DNA of 64,000 nt from Candidatus Sumerlaeia bacterium. GTDB lineage: Bacteria > Sumerlaeota > Sumerlaeia > SLMS01 > JANRJK01. The translations under genes were made by a program, and so were the position numbers. The notes below the pieces were generated by a model that was not told the origin of the DNA, did not search any database, and saw only the letters and a list, made by a program, of their open reading frames with translations. Every line of letters starts with the position of its first letter. Position 1 is the first letter of the stretch. The stretch spans positions 120,441-184,440 of the forward strand of contig JANRJK010000055.1 in NCBI GenBank assembly GCA_033764015.1. Reading direction: 5' to 3'. Below, one piece after another: positions 63,866 through 64,000 of the stretch.

Positions 63866-64000
63866 CAGCCTGTCGGACTTTGGCCCCTCGTTCGCTCGCC
63901 CGAGGGTAGCTCCCGAGGCGCGAGGCATTGGCGATGAAGAACTGGGCTCCCATGGACCGCGAGCAGCTGCTCGTGCTGCCGCCGTCGGTCGACGATTTGC
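63866..64000 (+). mobile_element. Left end of an IS1182-family-like insertion sequence, partial
   Basis: CTAG at 63862-63865, then CAGCCTGTCGGACTT as putative IRL; GC rises abruptly; transposase-like ORF follows. Confidence 0.7.
63934..64000 (+). CDS. IS1182-family transposase N-terminus, partial
   Basis: MKNWAPMDREQLLVLPPSVDDL matches the 'DRxQxxLLPPSxxD' start of IS1182 transposases; only 22 codons are visible. Confidence 0.7.
   Translation, partial: MKNWAPMDREQLLVLPPSVDDL

Overview
High-GC bacterial chromosomal window, mostly housekeeping and envelope genes with no CRISPR array, rRNA or prophage. Recognisable genes include xseA, recO, trmD, a fusA paralogue (EF-G2-like), HU, katG, ppdK, a class A PBP, comF and tRNA-Val(GAC). 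The window is rich in membrane glycosylation genes: four GT-C-type proteins including TMTC-like and TMEM260/DUF2723-like ones, plus a GT2, a GT4-like protein and an epimerase. Signalling genes include two TPR-containing Ser/Thr kinases, an ECF sigma / large FecR-type anti-sigma / ABC operon, a STAS protein and a tandem-receiver regulator. The main accessory features are (i) a lower-GC cassette at about 10.3-13.2 kb encoding a Cys-rich secreted protein and a long ORF broken by one in-frame TGA, (ii) a tRNA whose CCA end overlaps the likely start codon of the next gene, (iii) a His-motif membrane protein fused to TPRs, and (iv) a GH43-like gene cut by an IS1182-like element at the right edge. 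The gene repertoire and a C-terminal 'GWTLY' motif suggest Candidatus Sumerlaeota (BRC1) or another PVC-like lineage, but this is inference. Start codons were chosen by eye, and family calls rest on motif recognition with no database search.
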